A DNA stretch of 64,000 nucleotides from Azolla caroliniana (GCA_043228905.1 JBHGNT010000006.1:19530001-19594000); one strand, 5' to 3'; shown: positions 23,403-37,180, counted from the stretch's first letter. Notes: generated by a model not told the origin, from the sequence alone. A program made the numbers and translations.

Positions 23403-25689
23403 CTCCTACTACTTTGTAAAATCTCAATCATCAGAAGCCAAACTTCGTCATGGATTTTTGCTTGTTTGTGGTTAGGGGAGGGTGATGGTGATACATGATT
23501 AGTTTCATACCATGTATGAATATTATATCATGGCTAGCACTACCTATATGTTCAGTATACATATAAAGTGGTGAGTTTATTATTATTATTATTTGCTCCC
23601 TATGGAAATTCTGGCTTTATTGTAAAAGAGATGAAAGTAAGAGATGAAAGTAACTCGGGGAACTCGAGAGAAGACATTTCAGATTTGTTTATTTTCCGGA
23701 TAAGTTGTTTCCAGTGGGGGGGATAAGGAATTGGCGCCGCGAATTCAATTTAACCGATGTATACATTATATGTATATGCAAAGTGTCGAGGGTCTTTTTA
23801 TCATTTATGCGTGCAACTTGCAAAGTATAAATAATGTAAGTGTTTGGATAATGTTTAAATCTCCTTTATGGATTGTGCTTAGGGGAGGCCCATTTGAGTG
23901 CTCCCACCAAGTTGGAAGAATCATTGCCTTTTGTTAAATATGATTGATTTGCTGTTGGTTATGGTTGCCAGCTCGAACATACGTGTGTAATAGCAAATGT
24001 ATAAGATATTTTAATAATGCATAGGATATTTGAATAATGTATAAGGATTTTAAACACTCCGATGGCATCGAGGGTCCATGTAATGCAAACGTTGACCCTT
24101 CACAATTGAATCCAATGTTTCCAATCAAACCTTCTCTATTATGATGTTCCTTGTAGGTGCGAAAAGTGTTAATAGTTCTAATGTTTGACCCCACAAAAGA
24201 GTTCTAATGCTTGCCTTGATGACCATGTTTCTTACAAAGTTTAAATAATGAGAACACCAAGGTATAAGAGGTGTTCCGCGTGTATTCACTTGTTTTTATT
24301 GATTAAAAATGAGAAATTTGCTTGCAATACACGCAAGACATTGTGAGTGCATCTTAATGCCTTTATTTATTTATTTTTGGATATTGTGATTGGCACCCTA
24401 GGACCTTTGTCTATTGAATTCGAGAGATTCTACTAGGGACATGAATGAGGCGATTCGCATCCTTCTTGAACTACATAAACGGTAATAATACAAATATTTT
24501 TAGTTCTTTCATTACAACTTGGCATTAGTGCATTTTCTCGGTTTTACCATCTACAGGACACAATATCTCTTTAAACTTTTAGATTTAGTTTACTACTCAT
24601 TTCGTCCTTCCATGATTTCCATGTTGGATCATGTGCTTACAATTTCCTCTCAAAATTGAAATAATCGCTACACTATTCTATGAGTGCAATTATATTGTTG
24701 CATTAGGGAGTCACATTGGTCCCACACTTTGTAATGAAAATGATTGCCATATTCAGATATACCCCACATTTTCCCATATTTTTGGCAATTTATTTTCCAT
24801 AACTATTTCATTTCTTTGATTTGGTTGGTATGGGGCTATTGACTTCTTCCTCATAGGTGCTTGCATGTAAGTGCAATTGCGTGTTGCGCAACATTGATTC
24901 TAGGTGGGTGTGGCATAAAGTAATGTTTGTAAAGGAATAACCATAATTGTGTCCAAGTTCATGTTGAGTTCACTCACTCTAAGTGGCGTGATAAATATGC
25001 CCTCGACCACCAAGTAATGGGTGAGGAAAAGAAAGTGTATTGTATAAGACTTTGTAATATTTATGAGTTGTATTACACAAACTAAAAGAAAATGTAAGAG
25101 GTATGCCATGCCATTGTGATAGCTTGAAGGGAGAAATATGCAACGTTGTAAGATGGCATGAGACTCTAAGAGTGGTGCCATTGCGTGCACAAGATACTCA
25201 TGAAATGACAACCACCATTGTCTATGCTTTATTTGACCTGCTCCTCTTGCTATGTGAAGCTACTACTTTCTTGTTATGTCTAGTAAAATCTAATGGGGTA
25301 ACTATAATGATTGGTGTAGTATGCGAAAAGACTTTAATAAAAGATATTTGATGTCCAAAGCGTGGAAAGTGGCAAAAGACGGGCGGGGCCTTCTTGGTGG
25401 ATGATATTTCCTTGCTTAGCATAAATGTGGACAACAAAGGTCTACAATATAGGTTTGCTCAACATAAAACATGAACTACAATAAAAAGAAGTGGTTTTTT
25501 TGAACAGTAGCTTTGTTTTACATGGACTCTTTTTCTCTCATGTCAAACAAAGGCTTGCATATTAACTAAGCTTTTTTTCACTATGTTTTCTTTCTTTTTT
25601 TGTCCCTTTTACTTGCTTGAAGCCTTCTTTGTGTCATTCTAAAAGCAAAACAAAAAAGGTTAGGCTTTAAGAAAGCAATAGATTTGTTT

Positions 25690-26430
25690 GACAAAACATT
25701 GAAGTTGTATAACAACCAACAGACCTGGAAACAATAACAATAACAATAACAATAACAAACATCATCATCCTCGTCATATTCTTATTCATCATCATAGAGG
25801 ACAGAGAAACGAACGAAATAGGAAGCAACCACCAGCTCATCATCATCATTATTATTATACATGGTAATAACACACAACGAGAACAAAGAGAACCGACTCC
25901 TCATCATATTATTGTCCACCATCACAAAAAACACTCGGTAAATAGAGAAACCAAACGAAACAACAATAAGCAACTACCACCACCTCATCATCGTCGTCAT
26001 GATCAATATTATACTACATACATCGTAATAACACAAATTGAAAACAACAACCATCTCCTGGTCATCCTTCTCCACATTATGCATCTGAAAACACACACAC
26101 ACACACACAAAAGAGTAAAACATGCTATTGACCCCGGCCTAGTTGTCATCATCATCATTATATGTATATACATCCCAACAAGGTACCTCAAGAAATGAAC
26201 AAAAACAGTAACACACAACACCCAACACCCAACAAAAGAGAGATAAACAGATAGCCAGATAGGATCATCATCATCACGAGGGGCATGTGCGTGCCGGTGT
26301 GTTATCCACGACTAACGAATAACCTTTTCTTTGTGTGGGTGTGTGTGTGGTCTCTTAGATTATGTCTTTCTCACGGTTGTGGCACACATATGTATATATA
26401 TAAACAAAATAATAACTATATTTGTAAAAT

Positions 26431-26464
<34 letters not shown>

Positions 26465-26810
26465 TTCTAGTTACCAACAAAAAACCATGGTAAGAAAAAG
26501 AAAGACACAAGTTTAATTTGTTCCTGCCTCTCTTTCTCTCTGTGTTTTTTTTCTTTTTGTTGTTCTTCTTCTTCACAAACGACAACAACACAAGCCTACC
26601 TTTATTTCTTTTTGTCTTTTTTTTTTTTTCTCTTTTCTTCATTACCGTTTTCTATACACGAGTGTGTGTTGACTGCCTGCCTCCATATCTATGTATGTTA
26701 TGCATGTATGTATTTATGTATGTATGTTATGCATGTATGTTATGCATATGTATGTATGTATGGAGGCATATGTATGTATGCTATGTATATGTTATGTATG
26801 TTATGGAGAC
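25690..26810. repeat. Low-complexity microsatellite-rich region (CAT, AAC, CA, TATG) upstream of AGC kinase
   Basis: Read directly; includes degenerate repeated blocks at ~25805 and ~25945. Confidence 0.7.
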
Positions 26811-27024
26811 ACCCAATGAAGGAAAAGACAGAGAGAAGAAGAAAGAATGAGAATGAGAAAGAGAAGATGAAGTGTAATAGAACAGAGGAGGAGGTCATAT
26901 AAATTTGTGTTTTGAGTAAGTGATCTCTGAGAGAGAACCAGAGTGTTTTTTCTCTTTTAATTCTTTCTTTTCTTGTCCAATTTTTCTCTGCATCTTTTTT
27001 CTTTTTTCTTTCTGTTTTCCATCG

Positions 27025-29027
27025 ATGCTCAACGGCTACTTGAAGCCTGTGGGAGCATTAGGCAAAGGAGCAACAGGTATCGTCTTCTTGGCCATAGCCA
27101 CTTCCCCGCCTCCTCCTCATCTTCATCATCAATCATCCATTCATGTCCCTGCTCCCCCAGATTCCAACCAGGCTTTCGATTCTCCAGGTAGGGGCCATGA
27201 ATTGTTGTCGACTGCTATGGCGGACATGTATCCCGCAGCGGATATGGTCGGTGGACATGTGGCTTCCTCACAAAAACCTGCAATCGCAATGCCGCCATCG
27301 ACAGATGAGAGGTATCTTGGGGTGGAGACTGATGGAGACGGTCAATTTTACTTGAAAGGCACATCAAAATCAAAATCAGAATCAAAATCAAAGACAGAAT
27401 CAAAAACAGAATCAAAGACAGAATCAGCAGTGTCTGCATCCATGGAGGAGATGGAGGGAGGCAATCAGGCTGTCTTAGGATCGGAGTGTGGCATGTATAC
27501 TGAGGTGGAGATCGATGATGGTGCAGATCGAATCCCCTCGAAAGTGAATTACGCCGCCATATCCTCCTCTAGGGCCAGCTGCGCGGACAATCTGTTCGCA
27601 TTGAAGGCATTCCGGCGGTCAAGGGACCAGGACCTGGAGAGGTCAAGGAATGAAGAGCAGGTCTTGTCAAGTCTTGCTTCCCATCCATGCTTGCCACGCC
27701 TACATTCGGTCTTCGATTTCGCAGACTTCCGATTCCTGGTGCTCGACTTCTGCGCGGGCGGAGACTTGGCCTCTCTCGCCCGATCCCTCCCCAGAAGACG
27801 ATTCTCACCTTCCGCAATAAGGTATGTTTTTATTTCTCCTTCTTCCTTCCATCCAAATGCATTGATTGCCCCACCCCATACTCTGATCTACAATTCCATC
27901 CCAAACTGTTGAAATGCTTTCCTGTGTTTCTGCCATAGATTCATTGTAATGCTTTCCTGTGTTTCTGCCATAGATTCATTGCAATGCTTTTCCTGTGTTT
28001 CTGCCATAGATTCATTGAGATGCTTTCCTGTGTTTCTACCATAGCTTCATCGAAATGCTTTTCCTGTGTTTCTGCCATAGATTCATTGAAATGCTTTCCT
28101 GTGTTTCTGCCATAGCTTCATTGAAATGCTTTTCTGTGTTTCTGCCATAGATTCTACGCTGCGGAGATCGTGCTCGCACTCCACCATCTCCATATCCATG
28201 GCATTGTATACAGAGATTTGAAGCCCGAGAACATCCTTCTATCGTCCGATGGCCATGTGGTACTCACCGATTTCGACTTGTCGGCTTCTCTAACCCCTAA
28301 GAAACACCCATTTTCTTTTCCTTCATCATCCCCATATCCATCTCCATCTTCATCTTCATCTTCATCATCATCTTCATCTTCATCTGCATCATCTGCATCA
28401 TCATCATCTTCTTCTTCTTCTTATTTCTCGGCATTTTCGCCAGTATCACCATCATCATCGCCGATCTCTGCTTCTTTTGCTTATGATTCTACCCCTGCAT
28501 TTGCGTCGTCCTTGGTGGGCACGGAGGAGTATATCGCGCCCGAGATCATCGGGGGTGACGGCCATGAATTCGCGGTCGATTGGTGGGGCCTCGGCGTACT
28601 CCTCTACGAGATGGCCTACGGGAAAACCCCCTTCCGGGGCAAGACCCGGGCCGAGACATTTCACAACATCTTGCACAAGGAAGTCAAGTTCCCATGGTCT
28701 TACCGATCGAATCGACTTGGCACTATGCTCCTCCTCCGGGACCTAATCCAACGGCTTTTGGTCAAGGAGCCGAATCGACGGCTTGGATTCCTCGCGGGGC
28801 TCGACGAATTCAAATCTCACCCTTTCTTCGCGGGCATCCGATGGGCCGAGGTTTGCAATGTCTCGAGACCTCCCTTCATCCCTTACACCACCACCTCCAT
28901 GCCATCTTCTGAGGACAATGTCCCGGGTTTCGATCTCATGTCTCACCTTATCAAGGTCGAGTGTGCTCGCTCCGAATCTCGGGCCCGGAAACTCGTCCGA
29001 GACGCGAGGAGGAGACGCCCCATGTAA
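27025..29027 (+). CDS. AGCVIII family Ser/Thr kinase (OXI1/UNICORN-like), 2 exons
   Basis: Exon 1 27025-27821 (LGKGATGIVFL, FALKAF, HPCLPRL, DFCAGGDL). Exon 2 28151-29027 (RFYAAEI, YRDLKPENILL, AGCVIII-type DFD, Ser-rich activation-segment insert, VGTEEYIAPE, VDWWGLG, HPFF). GT-AG intron in phase 2. Confidence 0.88.
27910..28154 (+). repeat. 35-36 bp tandem repeat (7 copies) containing the intron 3' splice site
   Basis: Unit TGAAATGCTTTCCTGTGTTTCTGCCATAGATTCAT; the last copy supplies the in-frame acceptor at 28150. Confidence 0.92.
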
Positions 29028-29039
29028 CATTAACCTACT

Positions 29040-31985
29040 CACTTTCTTTCTCCATTGGGAGGATGTAAAACACACTAACCTAACTCTCCCCTCGTGTTTG
29101 GATATACTTACCCTGTCATGGATTTTTTCGCTCTCACGAGGGTGTGTGTACATACATTTACGATTGTAACACTAACTCATTGGTGTCTCTTCTTGTGTTC
29201 AATTACTAGCCATGGGTTTCTTGGATCAAGGTGGTTCTTATACACTCTTGTCACTTGTAACACTCCCATGCCTCTAGATTCCACATTCATTCATTGTGAG
29301 TTTGCAATGCTTAGTAAATAAAATGCCCATTGTTTTGTTGTCTTTAAAGCTTGGGGTAGGCTTTGGTTTAGTGATCCATTCGTATACATACACGATCTGT
29401 TCTCTCTCTCCCCACTTAAGATGTAATCTCTTATTTGGTCTTATAGGCCATTTTTGCCTCTTAAAAGACATTAATATATCTTTCTTTCTTTCCTTCTCCA
29501 CGGATATATATGTGGGTGCATGTGTTTGTGTGTGTTTGGGTATGAAAGCACATGAGGGAGGTGTTGTCATGTAGAGGGTTTGTTGTTAACAAGGAATTGG
29601 TGTTGAGTTTGGACTTCAATGTCTCATGGGTCATGTTCTTTTCTAGGTTATTTATCATAAGGCATTAAGTTTGAAGCACTAAAGTCAATGATGAAATTTC
29701 AACTTCCTATAGGTATCTCTCTCCACTTAAGATGTAATCTCTTATTTGTCCTTATAGGCCATTTTTGCCTCCTAAAAGACGTTAATATTTCTTTCTTTCT
29801 CCATGGATATATATGTGGGTGCATGTGTTTGTGTGTGTTTCAGTATGAAAGCCCATGAGGGAGGTGTTGTCATGTAGAGGGTTTGTTGGTAACAAGGAAT
29901 TGGTGTTGAGTTTGAACTTCAATGTCTCATGGGTCATGTTCTTTTCGAGGTTATTTATCATAAGGCATTAAGTTTGACGCACTAAAGTCAATGATGAAAT
30001 TTCAACTTCCTATAGGTATCACACATTCTTTCATATTATCATAGACATGTCAAGTGGAGAAGAGCATGAGGTAGATGCGGAGAACGGTTCATTAGGTATT
30101 ATTTAAGGAAGGTTTTATTGTGAAAGACTCTTTGTGAATCAAATTATTAAAGAATCAGTCTAGGCTTGTCAACTTGTGAGGTCTTGTTGTTAGTTGATAT
30201 TTCCTTCGTGAGGCATTAAAGTTGAAGCCTTAAAACTTAAGGTAAGGTTTTCAATGAAACTTTACATTGCATTTAATCATGAGCCTCGCGTAACTTAAAG
30301 GGAAATATTTTACATGAAATAACTTTTGCAATTAATGTCAACATTTAAATGTGGACCATGGACTATTGACTTACGAAAAATTGAAATTGGTCTAAAATAG
30401 ACACTTGCACATGATTTAATCATAGAGAAATCAATCAAAAGTACTTGGAGGGAGCCAGTTGGGTCATGGTTGAATGGTGTGTGCCAACCCTTTGGAGACT
30501 GTGTAGACATAAGCTTGATGCACTTGTGGCATGTAGTTTATGATAAGTTAGATATTGTGTAACCTTGTGTTGACAGTCTAATAACTTACCTATAGGAAGC
30601 ACCCATTTCAACACGAAGAATGAAAAGAGATTGGTGTGCTTTAGGAAAATTGATTGTATGGTGAAGGCGAAGCCACCATTGATGTGTCCACTATGCCATT
30701 AATCAATTTTCATTCGAATTTTGAGAGCCATCACCTTACTTTGTGAGTTGGTCCCGTTCATTTAACAATAGACTTAAACTAGTATGTATATACAATTAAT
30801 ATTGACCAAAGTAGCTAAGTTGATTGGTGACATTTGATTCCGAGACTTACACATGGCAAATGCATATAATTAATTTCTCTTATGAACTTTGTGTCCATAG
30901 GATTGGAGACGAAGTTGCCAAGATTTGTTTATGATTATTTTTTGTTAGTTCATATATGTCTTGCCAGTTGTCCCCACAATGTATAAAGAGACTCGAATTC
31001 CTAATGTAAACATTAAGTCTTAATTTTGTGTGGATTGACTGATTGATTCTTAATGACTTTCTCCATTGGAAGGATGTAACATTAACCTACCTCTCGGCTC
31101 ATTTTTGAATATACTAGCCATGCAATTCTCACTAACTCATTGATGTCTCTTCTTGTGTTCAATTACTAGCCATGGATTTCTTGGTTCAAGGTGGTTCTCA
31201 TACACTCTTGTCACTTGTAACACTTCCATGCCCCTTAGGTCCCATTCATTCATTGTGAGTTTGCAATGCTTAATAAATAAAATGTCCATTGTTTTGTTGT
31301 CTTTAAAGCTTGGGATAGGCTTTGGTTTAATGATCCCCTCATATACATACACGATCCTTTTGTGTATGTGCTTGTCTGCATGTACGCTCAATTCTCTCTC
31401 TCTCTCTCTCTCATGTGTTTGTGTGTGTTTTTGGGTATGAAGAGCACATGAGTGAGTTGTGGTCATGTAGAGGGTTTGTTTTCGCAAGGAATTGTGTGCT
31501 GAGTTTGGACTTCAATGTCTCATGGTCATATTCTTTTCTAGGTTATCACGAGGCATTAATTTTGAAGCTCTAAAGTCAATAGAGAAATTTCAACTTCCTA
31601 TAGATGTTGCAAATTCATTCATATGATCATAGTCATGGCCAAGTGGAGAAGAGCATGACAAAGATGGGGAGAATGGTTTACTGGGTGTTACTTAAGGAAG
31701 GTTTTATTGTAAAAACTCTTTGCGAATTGAAATATTGAAGCATCCGTCTAGATTTGCTGATTTGTGAGGTCTTCTTGGTCGGCTACATTTCCTTCAAGTA
31801 GGCATTAAACTTGTTGGTAAGGTTTTCAATGAATATTTACATTGCATTCAATCATGAACCTCATGAAAAAGGGACACATTTTACATCAAATGAAACTTTT
31901 GCATTTAATGTTGAGATTTTAATATGGATCGTGAACCATTAACATAAAAACAAATTAGAATCGGTCCAGACAATTTTGTAAGATT
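29040..31985 (+). repeat. Local duplications downstream of AGC kinase
   Basis: 29411-29718 is repeated at 29723-30020; 29040-30410 has a diverged copy at ~31057-31985. Confidence 0.8.
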
Positions 31986-31987
31986 TA

Positions 31988-32336
31988 TGTTAGGAAACAG
32001 GTCCCTCTGGATGGGAAGTAGAGCATGAGTTGGACTAGAGGCCGAGGAAACAACCGGATAGAGAAGAATGAGCCAGATCAGGTGGATTCGAGGAAGAAGA
32101 AAAACCGGATCAGTATCTGGATCAGATTCAGAGACGCATCCGGTAGGATCCGGATGAAGCATCCAGAAAAGGCTAGTTTTGTAAATAGGTATTTGTAAAA
32201 AGCCCCAAAAGTTGTATTAGTATAAATACAACTAGGGCAAAACATAAGATACTAGATAAATAGTTATTATTGGTAGTTGCCTTTGCAGTGAAGTGAGAGT
32301 GTGTGAGAGAGAGTTGGAAGTAACTCTGTTGTAACC
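31988..32336 (+). mobile_element. 5' part of a copia LTR (family D, related to A/C), interrupted by element B
   Basis: TGTTAGGAAACAGGTCCCTCTGGATGGGAA start resembles A/C LTR starts; TATA-like TATAAAT. Confidence 0.75.
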
Positions 32337-32870
32337 TGTTGAGAATCAAGCTCAACTTGGTCTAGTGTGTGAACTCACCTTGAGAGTGAATAGACACTCC
32401 AATGGTCAAGAGTCATCATTATGTCACCACTTTGTATTCTAGCATTTAGTATGAGTCATAGAATCATATTCTATGACACATAACTTATGAGCTTTCACAT
32501 TCCCCATGCTCCATAAGTCTTGTAGTTAATGAAGAGAGAGGGTGACTATATAAAGCACCCTCCTCCCACCTTGTATTATGTTGAGTCTTTCTCCTTTGTT
32601 AATATACTTTACTTTGCGTATTCTCTATGTCTTACTCCTCGTCTCTCTCTCTCTCTGTCATACACACACACACAGTTCACACCTATTCCGCTACACAAGA
32701 ATCATACCCGATTCTTTACATGGTATTAGAGCGATTTGGTAGCTCCATCTAGCCCATCCGCGTGTATTGAGCTCTACGCCGACGTTCAAGAAGAACCGGC
32801 TCATCGCTATCGTAGCTTCGCTACATAGCTCGCATTCGAAGAGAGAAGAAGAAGAAGAAGAATCGACATA

Positions 32871-35800
32871 ATGAATACTCAAATGGGGAGCGCTCTCCCT
32901 ACTGAGAAGTTGGATCGAAACAACTTCGCATCTTGGGAGTACAAGATGCACCAATGCCTTGTCGAACAAGGCAATTGCAGCTACATCAAAGGAGCGCATA
33001 AAGACCGATCCGCCGAAGCGGCTCCCGGATACACGACATGGGAGCAAGCCGCAAGCCGCGTGATGTATTGCTTGGCGACATGTGTTAACGATCACATGCT
33101 CGGCTACATTCGCGAAGCCAAGACGCCGAAGGAGGCATGGGAAAATCTACGAAAGATTTTTGCAGCGAACACAACTGCAAGAAGGCTTCAACTCCACCAA
33201 GAGTTGAACAACATTCAACAAAGGGACATGTCCATCACGACATACACCTCGAAGATCAAGGAGCTTTGCGATTCGCTCGGCTCAATAAGCGTAAATATTG
33301 ATGATGATGAGATGGTTCAAATATGCCTCGGTGGCCTCGCACCACGGTTCGGCACGATGCGAACCGCCATTCTAGCACGGGAGAAATCTGCCTCCTTCTT
33401 TGAGCTCCAATCAATGCTATTGGTCGAAGAAAACCATGTGCGTACAAGGACCAATGAGTCGGAAGGCCACATGCTCTACACGCACTCGAACGGAGGAAGA
33501 GGACGCGGACGGTCGAGAGGCCGATTTGGCCAAGGACAAGGTGGACGAGGTCCGACCTACGATAACAACTCCCAATTTCGGCCGCAAAATGGAAGCCAAC
33601 GAGAAACCTTCGCAAGAAGGGGGAGCTTTTACGACGGACTGAGCCGTCAAAACGCAATCGAATGCGGATATTGTGGGAAGCTCGGCCACCACGAAGAAGA
33701 GTGCCAAAAGAAGATGCGTGAATCGGCTTCCACAAGTCGAAAACTCATGAATTACGCGCACAATTCTGACTACGAAGATCATAGCGGAATGTATGGGCAC
33801 AACTCCAACTACGAAGATCGTGGTGGAATGTATGCACACAACTCCGATCGTGGCGGAATGTTCATGATGAAACATAGAGCAAACTCTATGTCGGCCTCTA
33901 CCTCAACTAGTGCCCTCAATCCGGAGGACGTATGGTTTGTTGACCCCAGAGCCTCAAACCATATGACATCTCATAAAGAATGGTTTCTCGAACTTCGAGA
34001 GCCGGAGCGACCTGGTTATGTCGAAACCGGAGATGACATTACGCACCTGATTCGGCACATCGGCAATGTTCCGTTCGGCGAAAGAGGTAAGCAAACATAC
34101 ATTAAAAATGTCTTGCATGTTCCCACCATCACGAAGAATTTGGTCTCGGTCGGCCAAATGGTTGAGCAAGGGATGCAAGTACGATTTGACCAAGAAGGGT
34201 GCTTCATTGGAAAAGAGGGCCGAATCATCGCGCATGGAAGAAGAGAGGGCCGGATGTTCATTCTCGATTCACACGAGATGAAATCCGCCATGTTTGTAAA
34301 AAGCACGAAAGACGACTCCGACATAGAGCTATGGCACAAGCGAATCGGCCACATCAATCTCAACAAACTCAAAGCAATGAAATCAAAAGGAGTCGTTGTC
34401 GGACTCCCGACATTCAAAGAGAAGAAGATTGAAGGTGTATGCGAAGCGTGCCAATTCGGCAAGCAACACCGACACCCATTCCCGAAAGAGCGGAACGTGA
34501 GCAAAGGTCTACTCAACGTAGTCCATTCCGACGTATGGGGTCCGGCTCAGACGGCGACATTCGGCAGAAGTCGATACTACGTGACCTTCATCGATGACTT
34601 CTCTAGGCACACTTGGATCTATCCAATGTGGCAAAAGAGCAAAGTGTTCGGACACTTCCAAAAATTCAAGAATGAAGTCGAGAAAGCCACGGGCCTTCAT
34701 GTACGATGCCTTCGATCGGATGGCGGCAAGGAGTACTTCTCGGACGATTTCACGGCATATCTCCGAAAGGAAGAAATTCGGCGAGAATTCACTTGCCGAC
34801 ATACTCCGCAACAAAACGGAGTAGCTGAGCGCAAAAATCGGCACATCCTTGAAGTAGCGCGGGCCATGATGAATGAGAAGCATATGCCCAAGTCATATTG
34901 GGCTGAAGCTGCAAATACGACCATCTACCTAATGAACCGAAGCACAACATCTGGAGTGCACGAGGTCACTCCGCACGAAAAATACTTCGGAAAGAAGCCA
35001 GACTTATCGCACACCCGGATATTCGGTGCGATAGCGTACATGCACATCCCTGACGAGAAGCGTCAAAAGCTTGACCCAAAGTTGGAGAAATGTATCCTCG
35101 TAGGATACTCACTAGAGTAAAAGGGGTACAAGTGCTACAACCCCTCAACTCGAAAATCTCGAGTAAGTCGAGACGTCGTTTTTGACGAGTTCGCATCCTG
35201 GTACGCACCATAGACAACTTCGCCTCCGACTCCGCTCGACCCGGAATCCGCCGAACAAGAGATAGAGGATGAAGATCGCCTTACGTGCATGTTCGAAGAA
35301 AGTCCGATCACGACTCGACTGAGCGGACCACAAGAGCCTTTGAGCGATCAAAGCACATCACGGCCTAGCCTGAAGATGGACAAAGGCAAGGTGAAAATGG
35401 CGGAATACGAAGACGATCGCTTCGATGACGATGAATCGACTCACTCACTCGACAATGAGTTCGGCGGCTTTGATGTACCAATCAGAGCTAAGAAAGCCCT
35501 CATCTTTGCAAATGAAAAGCTCTGTCACTCCACCTGTGAAAAGAATCTGGTCAGCCGATTCGGCTACAACGACTACATGGCATATCACTATGCTTTTATG
35601 ATGAAGGTGGCGACAGTACGCGAGCCAGAAACATTTTCCGAAGCAGCCAAGTATCCGCAATGGATCGAGGCCATGAACGACTACAACGACTACATGGCAT
35701 ATCACTATGCTTTTATGATGAAGGTGGCGATATTACGCGAGCCAGAAACATTTTCCGAAGCAGCCAAGTATCCGCAATGGATCGAGGCCATGAACGACTA

Positions 35801-37180
35801 CAATGACTACATGGCATATCACTATGCTTTTATGATGAAGGTGGCGATAGTACGCGAGCCAGAAACATTTTCCGAAGCAACCAAGTATCCGCAATGGATC
35901 GAGGCCATGAACGAGGAGATGCAGGCACTATGCAAGAACGAGACATGGGATCTTGTTCCCACCTCACCACACAAAAAGGCGATTGGATGCAGATGGATTT
36001 ACAAAGTGAAGTACAACGCCGACGGTTCCGTCAACTGCTACAAAGCACGACACGTAGCAAAAGGTTACGCCCAAATGCACGGAGTTGACTACGAGGAGAC
36101 CTTTGCCCCAGTGGCAAAGATGACGATGGTACGGACCGTAATTGTGCTTGTCGCAGCGAAAGGGTGGCACCTCCATCAAATGGACGTCAAGAACGCCTTT
36201 CTACAAGGCGAATTAGAAGAGGAGGTGTACATAATACAACCACCTGGCTTCAACTTGAGCACCCATACAACTGTATGCCGACTCAAAAAGCCATTCAATG
36301 ATAACGCAATATCTTCATCAAATCGGCTTCCGTATGTCAAAATCGGACAACTCCCTCTACATACGAAGCGATTCTGCAAGTCTGATCGCCATCATCTTAT
36401 ATGTGGATGACCTAGTCATTGGAGGTGAGCATCTTGTTGAAATCAATAAGGTCAAATCCCTCCTTTTCGACAAGTTCGAGATGACGGACATGAAGGAGCT
36501 CCACTACTTCCTCGGCATTGAGGTAATTCGGACTCCGGCTGGAATCATGATCTCTCAATGGCACTACATCCTCAACTTGTTATACAAGTTCAGTATGGAT
36601 GAGTGCAAATCCGCGGCAACCTTGCTCGATCGTAATCTCAAACTAGATGCGAACTCCGGCACCAAAGTGTGTGACCCGACTCAGTATCGGCAACTCATCG
36701 GGAGTCTCATCTACCTCACGATCACTCGACTCGATCTCAGTTATCCGGTCGTTCTCCTTAGTCAATTCATGCAAACACCGCGTGATACTCACTTGGATTG
36801 CGCTAAACGAGTTCTACGATACGTGAGCGGCACAATGGATTGCGGCATCCTCTACAAGACCGCGATGCCATTACGACTCGAGGGGTACACAGACGCTGAT
36901 TGGGCTGGCTACAAAGCCGATAGAAGATCCACCTCTAGATTTGTTTTTTTCCCTCGGCAGCGGAGCAATATCATGGAGCAGCAAAAAGCAACCCACCGTC
37001 GCTCTTTCGAGCATAGAGGCGGAATACAGGAGCGCGGCAATGGCCGCATGTGAAGCCGTATGGCTCAAAAGGATACTCAAGGATCTAGGCGTACCCATCA
37101 AGGATCCGACTTCTCTTTACTGCGACAACATGAGCAGTATCTATCTGGCTCGGAACCCGGTGTTCCACGCGTGGACAAAG
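32871..37180 (+). pseudogene. Copia B gag-protease-integrase-RT-RNase H polyprotein, disrupted
   Basis: 749-aa ORF with CGYCGKLGHHEEEC, WHKRIGH, CEACQ, VHSDVWGP, RSDGGKEY; RT YVDDL; RNase H DADWAG. Stops at ~35120 and ~35210, a deletion at ~36295 and frameshifts. Confidence 0.88.
35564..35914 (+). repeat. In-frame 117-bp tandem triplication in copia B pol
   Basis: YNDYMAYHYAFMMKVAxxREPETFSEAxKYPQWIEAMN occurs three times. Confidence 0.93.

Noticed and set aside
25667-26902. Multiple short hydrophobic ORFs (also 18596-19044)
   Set aside because: Translations of microsatellite or low-complexity DNA.
26920-27024. Phe-rich N-terminal extension of the AGC kinase in the ORF track
   Set aside because: Starts at GTG and covers a T-rich non-coding-like tract; ATG 27025 immediately precedes subdomain I.
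27910-28154. CRISPR-like appearance of ~35-bp repeats
   Set aside because: Units are contiguous with no unique spacers, lie in a eukaryotic intron, and no cas genes are present.
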